DNA of 54,602 nucleotides from an uncultured Candidatus Bathyarchaeia archaeon (GCA_964347145.1 CAYFXU010000001.1:1-54602), one strand, 5' to 3'; shown: positions 28,814-36,845, counted from the first letter of the stretch. A program made the numbers and translations. Notes: generated by a model from the sequence alone, not told the origin.

Positions 28814-29296
28814 TTATTCATGCTTTCTTTTCAAGGTCATGGACACAACTGTGCCGACAATCGCTCCAGTTCCCAACAGGATGGCTGCCATAAACATGGG
28901 GTCGCCAAGCAACGATTTTCCTTCTCCCTCGTATTTGGAAGGGCATTTAACAAGCATATCGTATCCCTCAATGGTGCCTCGAGAAACGAGTTTTCCAATT
29001 ACAACGACCTGTTCGGCTTCTTGGAAGTTATCAGGCGGGCTTCCCGTGTAATTCACTTTGATCGCAGATTCTTCGTCAATGAGGTTGAAAACCATAGAGC
29101 GGTTTTTGCGGGAGACGGATCCGTTGGAAATTGTCCCCAACACTTGGATGTCTTCGTTGAGGTAAGTCGAGCTGTTTCTCACCACCTGAGACACCGTCAA
29201 GTAGGGGTTGATGTATGAAGAAAAGGCGTCGTATGCCAGTACACCACTGAGAACGATAAGAACGATGACGATGATGTAGGTGTACTTGATCTTGAT
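28814..29296 (-). CDS. ccmE: Haem chaperone CcmE, archaeal Cys variant; the start is probably a non-canonical AUC
   Basis: OB-fold region with CPSKY (28931..28945) in place of HxxxY. The required N-terminal TM anchor YTYIIVIVLIVLSGVLAY is in frame upstream of the track start. No canonical start codon precedes it. GGAGG-N8-ATC is present at 29309..29294. Confidence 0.8.
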   Translation of the reverse strand: MKIKYTYIIVIVLIVLSGVLAYDAFSSYINPYLTVSQVVRNSSTYLNEDIQVLGTISNGSVSRKNRSMVFNLIDEESAIKVNYTGSPPDNFQEAEQVVVIGKLVSRGTIEGYDMLVKCPSKYEGEGKSLLGDPMFMAAILLGTGAIVGTVVSMTLKRKHE

Positions 29297-29297
29297 C

Positions 29298-29426
29298 TCA
29301 AGTGCCTCCTTTTTCCAGGTCCACCAACCTTTTCCTGAGGTCAGAGAGTCGTCTGGTGAGCCAGATAGAAACGATTAAAATGGATCCCCAATAGATTGCT
29401 GAGACAAGGAAAAGCTCAAACTCCAA
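29298..29426 (-). CDS. ccmD: CcmD-like small membrane protein (not in ORF track)
   Basis: 42 codons, translated by hand: MEFELFLVSAIYWGSILIVSIWLTRRLSDLRKRLVDLEKGGT. One TM followed by a basic tail. TTG start preceded by GGAGG-N8. Lies exactly between ccmC and ccmE. Confidence 0.6.
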   Translation of the reverse strand: MEFELFLVSAIYWGSILIVSIWLTRRLSDLRKRLVDLEKGGT

Positions 29427-29430
29427 CCTT

Positions 29431-30111
29431 TCACCCTCCTCTTTCGTAGGCTAAGACATCAACTCGTTTTTGAAGAGACCGAACATCATGAGTCATCCTT
29501 AACAGATATATGTAAACGAGAGAACTCGCGATGAGATTTAAAAGTAGTGTTTCCATCATCGGCGGAGTTATTGAAAGGTCCAGGCTCAATCCTCCAGTTA
29601 CAGGAAGAGGATGAAGCGACTGCCAAAGTCTAATGGACAAATAGCTCAGTGGAATCGTGGAGAAGGCAAGAACATTATATACTGCACTAGTTAACGCCCG
29701 CTTTTCAACGTTTCCGATAGAGAGTCGCAGGGAAACATAGCCCATGTAGGCTATCCACAAGATAAGCGTGGTTGTCTCCCGCGGATCCCAATTCCAGTAC
29801 ACTCCCCAAGCAACGTTTGCCCAAATGGAACCCGTTATCAACGCCACGACTCCGTACAAAAGCCCCAAAATGGCTGAAACTTCCGCCAAACTGTCATATG
29901 CGATTTTTCTTTTGACCAAAAACAATATGCTTGCCAGCAATGAAACGCCCAGTGTGAGATAACAGACCCAAGCGGCGGGTGTGTGAATGTAGAAGATTCG
30001 ATAAAGATCTCCCATAGTCTTCTCTGGAGGAGCAGCAACAAAAGCAGCGTAACTCGCAATAATGTTTACGACCACGGTAATAGAAAGGTAAATATAATCC
30101 CGGATTATCAT
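29431..30111 (-). CDS. ccmC: Haem lyase/exporter subunit CcmC
   Basis: Trp-rich WWD motif WGVYWNWDPRETTTLILW. 226 aa, polytopic. Confidence 0.9.
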   Translation of the reverse strand: MIIRDYIYLSITVVVNIIASYAAFVAAPPEKTMGDLYRIFYIHTPAAWVCYLTLGVSLLASILFLVKRKIAYDSLAEVSAILGLLYGVVALITGSIWANVAWGVYWNWDPRETTTLILWIAYMGYVSLRLSIGNVEKRALTSAVYNVLAFSTIPLSYLSIRLWQSLHPLPVTGGLSLDLSITPPMMETLLLNLIASSLVYIYLLRMTHDVRSLQKRVDVLAYERGG

Positions 30112-30214
30112 TAACCTCTCCTCGCTTCACAGAAATATTCCAATCATAACTATAAAAAGTTTAAAAACAACTTGACGGATTGCAAGGCAACTCGATCGTT
30201 TGAGGGAAACCAGG

Positions 30215-32176
30215 ATGGAAACCGAAGAACTGTTCCTAGTCTTCGCTTGCCTTCTACTATTCTTCGACTTGATTCAATCGTCAAAGGTCAAGCCCCGTGA
30301 GAGGAAGAAACTTGAATACGGATTCTATGCGTCAATTCTAGCATGTGGGCTTATCGTCGCCTCGTATTTAATGCTTTTGCAGGCCTTCTTGAAGGACGAT
30401 TTTACATTAAGAGTAGTCTACTCGTATAGTTCGTCGAGCTTGCCGACCTCCTTCAAGGTTTATGCCACGTGGGCTGGCATGAGCGGTTCAATGCTCTTCT
30501 TGACGTTTCTTATGACCATCGTATACTTTGCCTACAGGTTCAAGACGTATGAGGAAAGCGGTTCTTTTCGATTAATCGCCTACAGGATACTGGATTTCAT
30601 TCTCATCTTTTTCTTGCTCCTCACCTTGATAAACAGTCCGTTTGAACGATTTCAGGGAGCGCCAATGGATGGCCAGGGTCTTAATCCCTTGTTGCAAACC
30701 TTCTGGATGTTTATCCATCCACCTGTAGTATTCTCGGGTTACGTCCTTGTCACTCTTGCATTTGCTCTGGTTCTGGCGAGAATGAAGACTGGAGAAAAAG
30801 TGGAAGGTACGTTGCTAAAGCTTTCTCTCCAAGGAGCGTGGTTGCTCTTGACTCTTGGAAACGCCATTGGAGGTTTGTGGGCTTATGAGGTGTTGGGTTG
30901 GGGCGGATACTGGGCTTGGGACCCAGTTGAAACCGCGTCGCTATTGCCGTGGTTGGCTCTCACGGCGTATTTTCACCTTGGTCCAGTCTCCAAAAAGGGT
31001 AAAAGCCTAGCGGGTGAATTCATGATTCTTTTAACTTTTGCAACTGTGATTTTCACCACTGCTTTGACTCGAGGCGGGTTGGCCGTGTCGGTTCACGCGT
31101 TCGGAGCCTCGCCCCTTGGACCGGCTCTCCTTCTTCTGACTCTCGTCATGATTGTCTATTTCTTCTATTTAAAGAGAGGAATAGAGAAGCCGCTATTTTC
31201 TTTAGAGGTTGAAAAATCTTCCCTTTACTCGGTGTCTTTTTTCGCAGGGTATTGGTCTTTAATCTTTGTTTTCCTCATTTGTTTCTGGGGGGTAGCCTTC
31301 CCAGTTATTGGGGGAATCTTTCTGGAAAATCCTATGGCCACTGGCATGGACTTCTATAACAACTGGAATTTTCCCTTTGTATTGGTCTTTGTTGCAGCGT
31401 TGGTTGGCTGCAGCATGTACGAGAGAATAGGTTTCAAGGAGTTTGCGATACTACTGGCCGGTGCGTTGGGCGCCGGCGCCGTATTAGTTCAGATGCAGTG
31501 GCCAACACCCCATATATTGGCGAATCTAGGGATTCCACTTTTGATTGTTTCGCTGTTTGCTGTAGTATACCGGCTTGTTCAGGTTCTTGGGAGGAAGAAA
31601 AGATCTCTTCGTCTGTTCGGGAGAAGTCTTCTCCACTTTGCGATCATAATCACGTTGATAGGTGTCTTCTTCAGCTCCACCGCCAAGCTTGTAAGCGGCG
31701 ATCTTCCGGCGAAACCAAACACCACCATAGAAACGTTAGGGCTAACAATAGAGTTGAAGAACTTCACCGTTCACAACGGCACTGGAAACGTTCACTCCAT
31801 GGATTTCGGACGGTGCATCCCAGAACATTCAGCGTTGAAAATGGATGTCACAATTAAACAGGCAGGAAACATCTACCATGGAGCTCTGTGGATTCGCTAT
31901 TACCCCGTTTATGGAATCGTATCTGGACCGTCGATAATTGGCACTTCGACAGGAGATATATACATTCGCATGCATCACACAGAATCAATGTATAACTCGC
32001 TGGTGCAAGCTCTTGGTGGTGAGAAAGTTCTTCCTGAGGATTTGGTGGTCAGCGTGGAGAGGATTCCCATGGTTCATCTTGTTTGGGCCGGAGTAACACT
32101 GCTTAGCATCGGGATGGCTATGCCATTGATTAAGGAGATCGTGAGACCGATGCCCAAAAAAGCTAGCAGTGATTGA
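30215..32176 (+). CDS. ccmF: Cytochrome c haem lyase CcmF
   Basis: WWD motif GGLWAYEVLGWGGYWAWDPVETASLLPW. About 650 aa, polytopic. I prefer ATG 30215 (GAGGGA 7 nt upstream) over the track TTG at 30200. Confidence 0.9.
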   Translation: METEELFLVFACLLLFFDLIQSSKVKPRERKKLEYGFYASILACGLIVASYLMLLQAFLKDDFTLRVVYSYSSSSLPTSFKVYATWAGMSGSMLFLTFLMTIVYFAYRFKTYEESGSFRLIAYRILDFILIFFLLLTLINSPFERFQGAPMDGQGLNPLLQTFWMFIHPPVVFSGYVLVTLAFALVLARMKTGEKVEGTLLKLSLQGAWLLLTLGNAIGGLWAYEVLGWGGYWAWDPVETASLLPWLALTAYFHLGPVSKKGKSLAGEFMILLTFATVIFTTALTRGGLAVSVHAFGASPLGPALLLLTLVMIVYFFYLKRGIEKPLFSLEVEKSSLYSVSFFAGYWSLIFVFLICFWGVAFPVIGGIFLENPMATGMDFYNNWNFPFVLVFVAALVGCSMYERIGFKEFAILLAGALGAGAVLVQMQWPTPHILANLGIPLLIVSLFAVVYRLVQVLGRKKRSLRLFGRSLLHFAIIITLIGVFFSSTAKLVSGDLPAKPNTTIETLGLTIELKNFTVHNGTGNVHSMDFGRCIPEHSALKMDVTIKQAGNIYHGALWIRYYPVYGIVSGPSIIGTSTGDIYIRMHHTESMYNSLVQALGGEKVLPEDLVVSVERIPMVHLVWAGVTLLSIGMAMPLIKEIVRPMPKKASSD

Positions 32177-32225
32177 AAGTCACTAATGCTTCTACATTAG
32201 ATGCGGTCGTCCTGTCGAAAAACAA

Positions 32226-32239
32226 ATGATTATTATCAT
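32226..32239. promoter_or_regulatory. Inverted repeat ATGAT-TATT-ATCAT, 8 nt upstream of a TTTAAATA box (32248-32255) of the octahaem cytochrome gene
   Basis: Read directly from the sequence. The geometry (IR, then TATA, then about 59 nt to the ATG) matches the site upstream of hdrA-mvhD. Confidence 0.4.
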
Positions 32240-32306
32240 AAGTAAGATTTAAATATCCTGAATTAGAATAAACGTTATTCTCTAGGGCAGGCTGAGGGGA
32301 GATCAG

Positions 32307-33809
32307 ATGAAAAAAGGCAAGAAGACGCAGTTATTTCTATTCATGATCGTAATTCTTGTAGGAATGTCACTATCGTTCTCAAGGTACAAGACATCCGCCG
32401 TCAATGGAGGTTCCGAATACGTAGGTGCTGAATCGTGCGCGGCATGCCACCCCAACGTTTATGAAGGTTGGAATCAGACCAACCACGCCTATGCGGTTAG
32501 GCTCATCCAAAACGCATCAGGTAACTTCTATAGTGTTGGCTCAACCAGTAATAGAGCAGGGACGCCCAGTCGAGTATATAATGAAACACGTTTTAGGGAT
32601 TCATGCCGCAACTGCCATGTTACTGGGGGAAATGATTTTGATCCATTGGGAGCAGCCAATCAGTCATGGCCTGAGATGACCACTGACCCAGAGAAATTCC
32701 TGAACATACAATGCGAAGTGTGTCACGGACCGCATCAGGAAGGACATTCAAGTCCGGATGTCCAAATGGTTCTCGATTACTCTGCAACGCTTTGTGAACT
32801 ATGTCATGTCCCCGGATCTTCCCACGACAATTCCTATTGGCAGAGTGCACATGCCCAGAGCTTAACTGATCTTCTAGATTCAGGTCATGCAGCTGACTAT
32901 TGCCTTAGCTGTATGACAGCTCAAGGTTCTCTAGGAAAGGACATATCTCTAAACACCACGAATCTGGAGAGTGTTTCATGTGTCACTTGTCATGACCCCC
33001 ACAGTCATACATATGACGCTCAACTTAGATACGAAGAATCAACAGAACTGTGTGGTCAGTGTCACTCTCAGGCTGAAGTCTTCGAAAACAGTGCACACTC
33101 TATGGCAGGATTGGAATGTACAAGCTGTCATGGCCAGGGTACACATTTTGGCCACGGTGCTGTAAGCCCCATGATTAATCACACTTGGGGGGTATACGGA
33201 ATGTACTATCCCTATAACCAAACAACCGCTGAAGAACCAATTGTATGCTCAACATGTCACACTCAATCCTGGGCTACGTCGCAACTAGGGGTAATTCAGG
33301 GGTTGACAACAGAACTCGTAACCAACGTTACTCAGGCCATCGACAACGCGAAGGCTACTCTCACTATTGCAAACCAAACAAGCGGAGTGAACCAAACAGA
33401 AATCAATCAATTACTGGCCATGGTTGAAGTGGCGGAGGACCACATCCACGACGTGGAAAGAGATAGCAGCGAAGGTTTCCACAATCCAGAACAAACCTTC
33501 GCAATTCTGAGCGCAGCGGCACACCTAGCAAGTGAAGCAGAATCTACGGCGCTAGAAGCCAGAGCCGCCGCTTTAGCCAGCGAAGCAACAACACTTGGAA
33601 CTCAAGTTTCGAGTCTTCAAAACCAAGTCACATCACTTCAAAATCAAACATCCACGCTTCAATCGGATATCGAAGGTTTGGAAGAAAAAATCGGTGGCCT
33701 GGAATCAGCGGCAGAAACAGTTCCTTATCTATACGGAGGATTGGGCCTAGCCATAGGCTTCATCGTCGGAGCGGCAATCGTATTCCTTGTTCGACGAGGG
33801 AAACCATAA
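32307..33809 (+). CDS. Membrane-anchored octahaem cytochrome c
   Basis: Eight CxxCH motifs (CAACH, CRNCH, CEVCH, CELCH, CVTCH, CGQCH, CTSCH, CSTCH) plus one CLSCM. N-terminal signal/TM. C-terminal heptad-like region (LQNQVTSLQNQTSTLQSDIEGLEEKIGGLE). TM anchor GLGLAIGFIVGAAIVFLV followed by RRGKP. Confidence 0.9.
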   Translation: MKKGKKTQLFLFMIVILVGMSLSFSRYKTSAVNGGSEYVGAESCAACHPNVYEGWNQTNHAYAVRLIQNASGNFYSVGSTSNRAGTPSRVYNETRFRDSCRNCHVTGGNDFDPLGAANQSWPEMTTDPEKFLNIQCEVCHGPHQEGHSSPDVQMVLDYSATLCELCHVPGSSHDNSYWQSAHAQSLTDLLDSGHAADYCLSCMTAQGSLGKDISLNTTNLESVSCVTCHDPHSHTYDAQLRYEESTELCGQCHSQAEVFENSAHSMAGLECTSCHGQGTHFGHGAVSPMINHTWGVYGMYYPYNQTTAEEPIVCSTCHTQSWATSQLGVIQGLTTELVTNVTQAIDNAKATLTIANQTSGVNQTEINQLLAMVEVAEDHIHDVERDSSEGFHNPEQTFAILSAAAHLASEAESTALEARAAALASEATTLGTQVSSLQNQVTSLQNQTSTLQSDIEGLEEKIGGLESAAETVPYLYGGLGLAIGFIVGAAIVFLVRRGKP

Positions 33810-33877
33810 AAGTTATAGTCCTTTCTCCCCTTCCTATTTTCAAAGAATTGAAACAGTGCGTGCGGTGAAAGACTGAG

Positions 33878-34714
33878 ATGGTCACCAAAAAGGGGTTAAT
33901 CATTCTCGGAATCCTCTTAGCACTTAGCTTCTCACTGACTCTAACCGCGTCTCTCTATGCAACGCCGCAGTTCGGGGAGGATTGTCTATCTTGTCATACG
34001 GGAGGCGGAATATCAGTCACCTCAAATGTTACTGACACTGTGGAAGTTAACGCTTCAAGGTCGTTCGGAGTGCAGGTTGACGCGGAGGGGGACTCGCAAG
34101 AACTCACTGTGATATGGTCAGATGTTGCCAACAATCCCATCTTCGCTTTCACACCGTCCAAGGTCATTGACAACGACCTCAACGACAACGATCCAACGGT
34201 AAGCAAGGTGAGGAGCATTTTTAACATCATTGCACCAGCAGTTCAGGGAGAATATACGGTACAGGTTTTCGCGGCAGGTGGCGGAGGAAAAGGTGGGACA
34301 CTTACCTTTCAGGTGACCGTTACAACTGAAGAACCTGGCATCGAAAACCTGTTGCCTAATGCATATTTTCTTCACACTAGGCGTGGCATGACAATAGAAT
34401 TCGTAGATCGATCTTGGGATGCGGATGGCAACATTACCTCTTGGCTTTGGGACTTCGGAGACAACACCAATTCAACAGAGCAAAACCCAACCCACACATT
34501 CACAGAAATTGGCACATACACTGTAACGCTCACCGTTACCGACGACAAAGAAGGCAGCGACATTCAATCTCAAACATTTCGAGTTCCTTCGAAAGAAGAA
34601 CTCTTCCGGCTCTGGACATTACAAGTCGCTATCGGATCCTTAATGATAATCTTAACTTTGCTTTTTGCCATTGGGATAGCCAGCGCTCGCTTCAAGAGAG
34701 GGAAGCAAAGTTGA
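33878..34714 (+). CDS. Monohaem CxxCH + beta-sandwich module, PKD domain, C-terminal TM anchor
   Basis: Signal peptide LIILGILLALSFSL; haem motif CLSCH; PKD repeat ITSWLWDFGDNT...YTVTLTVTDDKEG; TM anchor LQVAIGSLMIILTLLFAIGIA. Confidence 0.85.
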   Translation: MVTKKGLIILGILLALSFSLTLTASLYATPQFGEDCLSCHTGGGISVTSNVTDTVEVNASRSFGVQVDAEGDSQELTVIWSDVANNPIFAFTPSKVIDNDLNDNDPTVSKVRSIFNIIAPAVQGEYTVQVFAAGGGGKGGTLTFQVTVTTEEPGIENLLPNAYFLHTRRGMTIEFVDRSWDADGNITSWLWDFGDNTNSTEQNPTHTFTEIGTYTVTLTVTDDKEGSDIQSQTFRVPSKEELFRLWTLQVAIGSLMIILTLLFAIGIASARFKRGKQS

Positions 34715-34777
34715 ATAAGACTAGAAGAGTGAATCTAAAGGAAGTCATGTTCATTGTGACTATTGGAGGGTGTAAAA

Positions 34778-35422
34778 GTGGTTGATCTCGGAGCCCTACA
34801 CTCTATGCTAATAGAAATGCACGGAGGAATGCTCACACTGGCAGCTGTCAGCACTCTTGCAATGGTTGTAGCCCGACTTCACCGAAGGTTAAGAAGAACC
34901 AGCAAATGGTACGGCGTTTTTTGGCCTTTAGATTCGTTGATCGAGAAATTAGCCCGATACACAGAACCGACAGCCTATGTGGCGGCAATAGGCGGAGTTG
35001 TCGGCCTTGTGGTGTCTGCAATCGTTGGTTTTTATGTCTGGCCTACTGAAACTCTCATGAACTCTTCTCTGGGATTAACCAAAGTCATGTTCTCCATTTT
35101 CGCCACAGAACTTTGGATCCTCTTCGTTGTAATTAGATCAAAATATAGCGAAGACTTGTGGAAAAATGGTGCATTAGCGACCGTATACGTGTTCGCAGGA
35201 TTTGCTGGGTTCTTTTTCACGGTTCTAACAGGAAGCTTTGGGGGGCACATGGCAGGTAAAGGAAGTGTCCTTGATCCGGTTTATGAGCTTCTTAACGTAG
35301 ATCCAGAAGCTTTTTGGGTCATTGGGTTTGACATGGTGCCCGTGCTAATCGCCGTTGCCTTCATTGAGATAGTCATCTTTTTCGCTCTCTTCCTACGTTT
35401 TCGATCGCGAGCGAGAGCTTGA
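34778..35422 (+). CDS. Five-TM membrane protein, DUF2231-like
   Basis: GTG start preceded by GGAGG-N8. His-containing first helix region (ALHSMLIEMHGGML) and GSFGGHMAGKG loop resemble DUF2231 proteins. The assignment is by eye only. Confidence 0.6.
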   Translation: MVDLGALHSMLIEMHGGMLTLAAVSTLAMVVARLHRRLRRTSKWYGVFWPLDSLIEKLARYTEPTAYVAAIGGVVGLVVSAIVGFYVWPTETLMNSSLGLTKVMFSIFATELWILFVVIRSKYSEDLWKNGALATVYVFAGFAGFFFTVLTGSFGGHMAGKGSVLDPVYELLNVDPEAFWVIGFDMVPVLIAVAFIEIVIFFALFLRFRSRARA

Positions 35423-35901
35423 AAAACCCGTGGTGCCTGAACTTGACGGGGATTTTTGGAACGCGAGCTTCAATCTATTCGGATCTAGGCTTGGTTCTAG
35501 AGATATTGACCACGTTGCTCTTCACAATCGGGTATTTCTATGAAAAGAGAAAAGGAAGACATTGCGTCGTAATGGGCGCTGCTGTGACAACAAACATTGT
35601 TTTTGTGATCAGCTACATGGTGAGTAGGTTGGTCAAGGAGGAGGTCCCCTCTCCGCCGTCACAGTTCGCTACTCTCTATCGAGGGGTCGTCGTCCCCCAT
35701 GGGATCCTTTCGGTTTTAGTCCTTGTCCTAGCGATTTCTCAGGCTTTCCTTGCATATCAATGGCGGAAAAAGAAGAATGATGTCGTTGCGTTAGGGAAAA
35801 GAAGGCCCACCCACAGAAAACTTGGTCTCACAACTCTTATTTTGTGGTACATCAGCTTCCTGAGCGGAACAATCGTATACGCGATACTATATGTCTTGTA
35901 G
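35419..35901 (+). CDS. DUF420-like four-TM membrane protein
   Basis: C-terminal HRKLGLTTLILWYISFLSGTIVYAILYV resembles the DUF420 signature. Start overlaps the upstream stop (CTTGA). Confidence 0.55.
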   Translation: MKNPWCLNLTGIFGTRASIYSDLGLVLEILTTLLFTIGYFYEKRKGRHCVVMGAAVTTNIVFVISYMVSRLVKEEVPSPPSQFATLYRGVVVPHGILSVLVLVLAISQAFLAYQWRKKKNDVVALGKRRPTHRKLGLTTLILWYISFLSGTIVYAILYVL

Positions 35902-35946
35902 AGGACGTGTCGCACCACGCAATGGTTGCGCATGCATTTGTTTTCA

Positions 35947-36672
35947 TTAGGGCGCGCGCGTGTTCCATTCGCATCTGTGTTCACAATAGGAGTCGCCATG
36001 TCCTTTACATGTCAATCGAGTTATTTTCACTTTCCCACCAATAGCATTGGAGACTCCTTCATGGAACGCCTCATGGAGTATATCACACATCATTTCTGGC
36101 ATTTTGACAGCAAGTTCAAGAAATAAGCAGTTGTGTACGCGATACACAGCAAGATTTTTTTCGATCTCCACAATCTCTGGCTCTGCCCCGTTTTCTTCTA
36201 GATATCCTTTGATGAAGAGATTTGCAAAAGCTTCAGGAGACCACTCTTTCACGGCATGTCTGGATTCGATTTCCTTTACCACGCTTTCACCCATGTTGTT
36301 TCCAACTCTTTTCAAAAGTCTGCCAGCTCTTTTTGATCCAATCAATAATTGAAGGGTTCTTATCATAACGTCGGATAGAGTTAGATAACGGCGTTTCGGA
36401 TACCCCACAATCGTCGGCCTTTCGGCGATCCTGTAATAGACTTTTGGTCTTCCCACAGTTCCACTTTTTTCTTGGTAACTTTCAATGAACCCTGAATCTT
36501 CCAAAGACTGCAAGTGGTGTCGTATGGTGATTGGCTTAAGATTCACTGACTCTGCAATTTCATCGACACTCAAAGGCTTTTTGTGCAGTAGCTTCAGGAT
36601 ATCAAGTCTCGAAACACTTGACAACGCTTCGTAAGCCTTTCTTTCCTTCAAGCCGTTCACTTCATTTTCCAT
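35947..36672 (-). CDS. ArsR-family wHTH regulator with C-terminal V4R-like sensor domain
   Basis: N-terminal SRLDILKLLHKKPLSVDEIAESVNLKPITIRHHLQSLEDSGFI. C-terminal Cys-containing domain (RLTCKGHGDSYCEH) is typical of V4R / methanogen-output-type domains. Confidence 0.75.
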   Translation of the reverse strand: MENEVNGLKERKAYEALSSVSRLDILKLLHKKPLSVDEIAESVNLKPITIRHHLQSLEDSGFIESYQEKSGTVGRPKVYYRIAERPTIVGYPKRRYLTLSDVMIRTLQLLIGSKRAGRLLKRVGNNMGESVVKEIESRHAVKEWSPEAFANLFIKGYLEENGAEPEIVEIEKNLAVYRVHNCLFLELAVKMPEMMCDILHEAFHEGVSNAIGGKVKITRLTCKGHGDSYCEHRCEWNTRAP

Positions 36673-36689
36673 GTTGGAATATTAGATAA

Positions 36690-36845
36690 TCAAAATCGTC
36701 ATATATATTCTTTATTATTTTCATCTAAATTCTATCAGTCTTATTTATCATATTTATTATTATTATCATACAATCTTATCGTTGCCATCGATTAATGTTC
36801 CCCATCCGTATCATTTAGTATTTATCGTTATTTGTGTCATATACT
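36690..36845. promoter_or_regulatory. AT-rich spacer with about 9 iterated T(T)ATC(A/G)T-type boxes upstream of the ArsR/V4R regulator gene
   Basis: Examples: cgtcat 36696, tatcag 36733, ttatcat 36754, ttatcat 36770, ttatcgt 36776, tatcat 36809, ttatcgt 36822, gtcata 36836. Confidence 0.35.

Noticed and set aside
28781-29218. 145-aa plus-strand ORF antisense to ccmE, and 28803..29051
   Set aside because: The minus-strand frame encodes a recognisable CcmE (OB region, CPSKY motif, TM anchor). The antisense ORFs have no features.
29294-29309. Programmed +1 frameshift (GGAGG-C-ACT-TGA-G) fusing CcmD to CcmE, by analogy with prfB
   Set aside because: The layout superficially resembles the RF2 recoding site. 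However, tRNA-Thr re-pairing from ACU to CUU is unfavourable. The same GGAGG-N8 geometry is explained more simply as a ribosome-binding site for an AUC start. I keep it only as an alternative in the ccmD finding.
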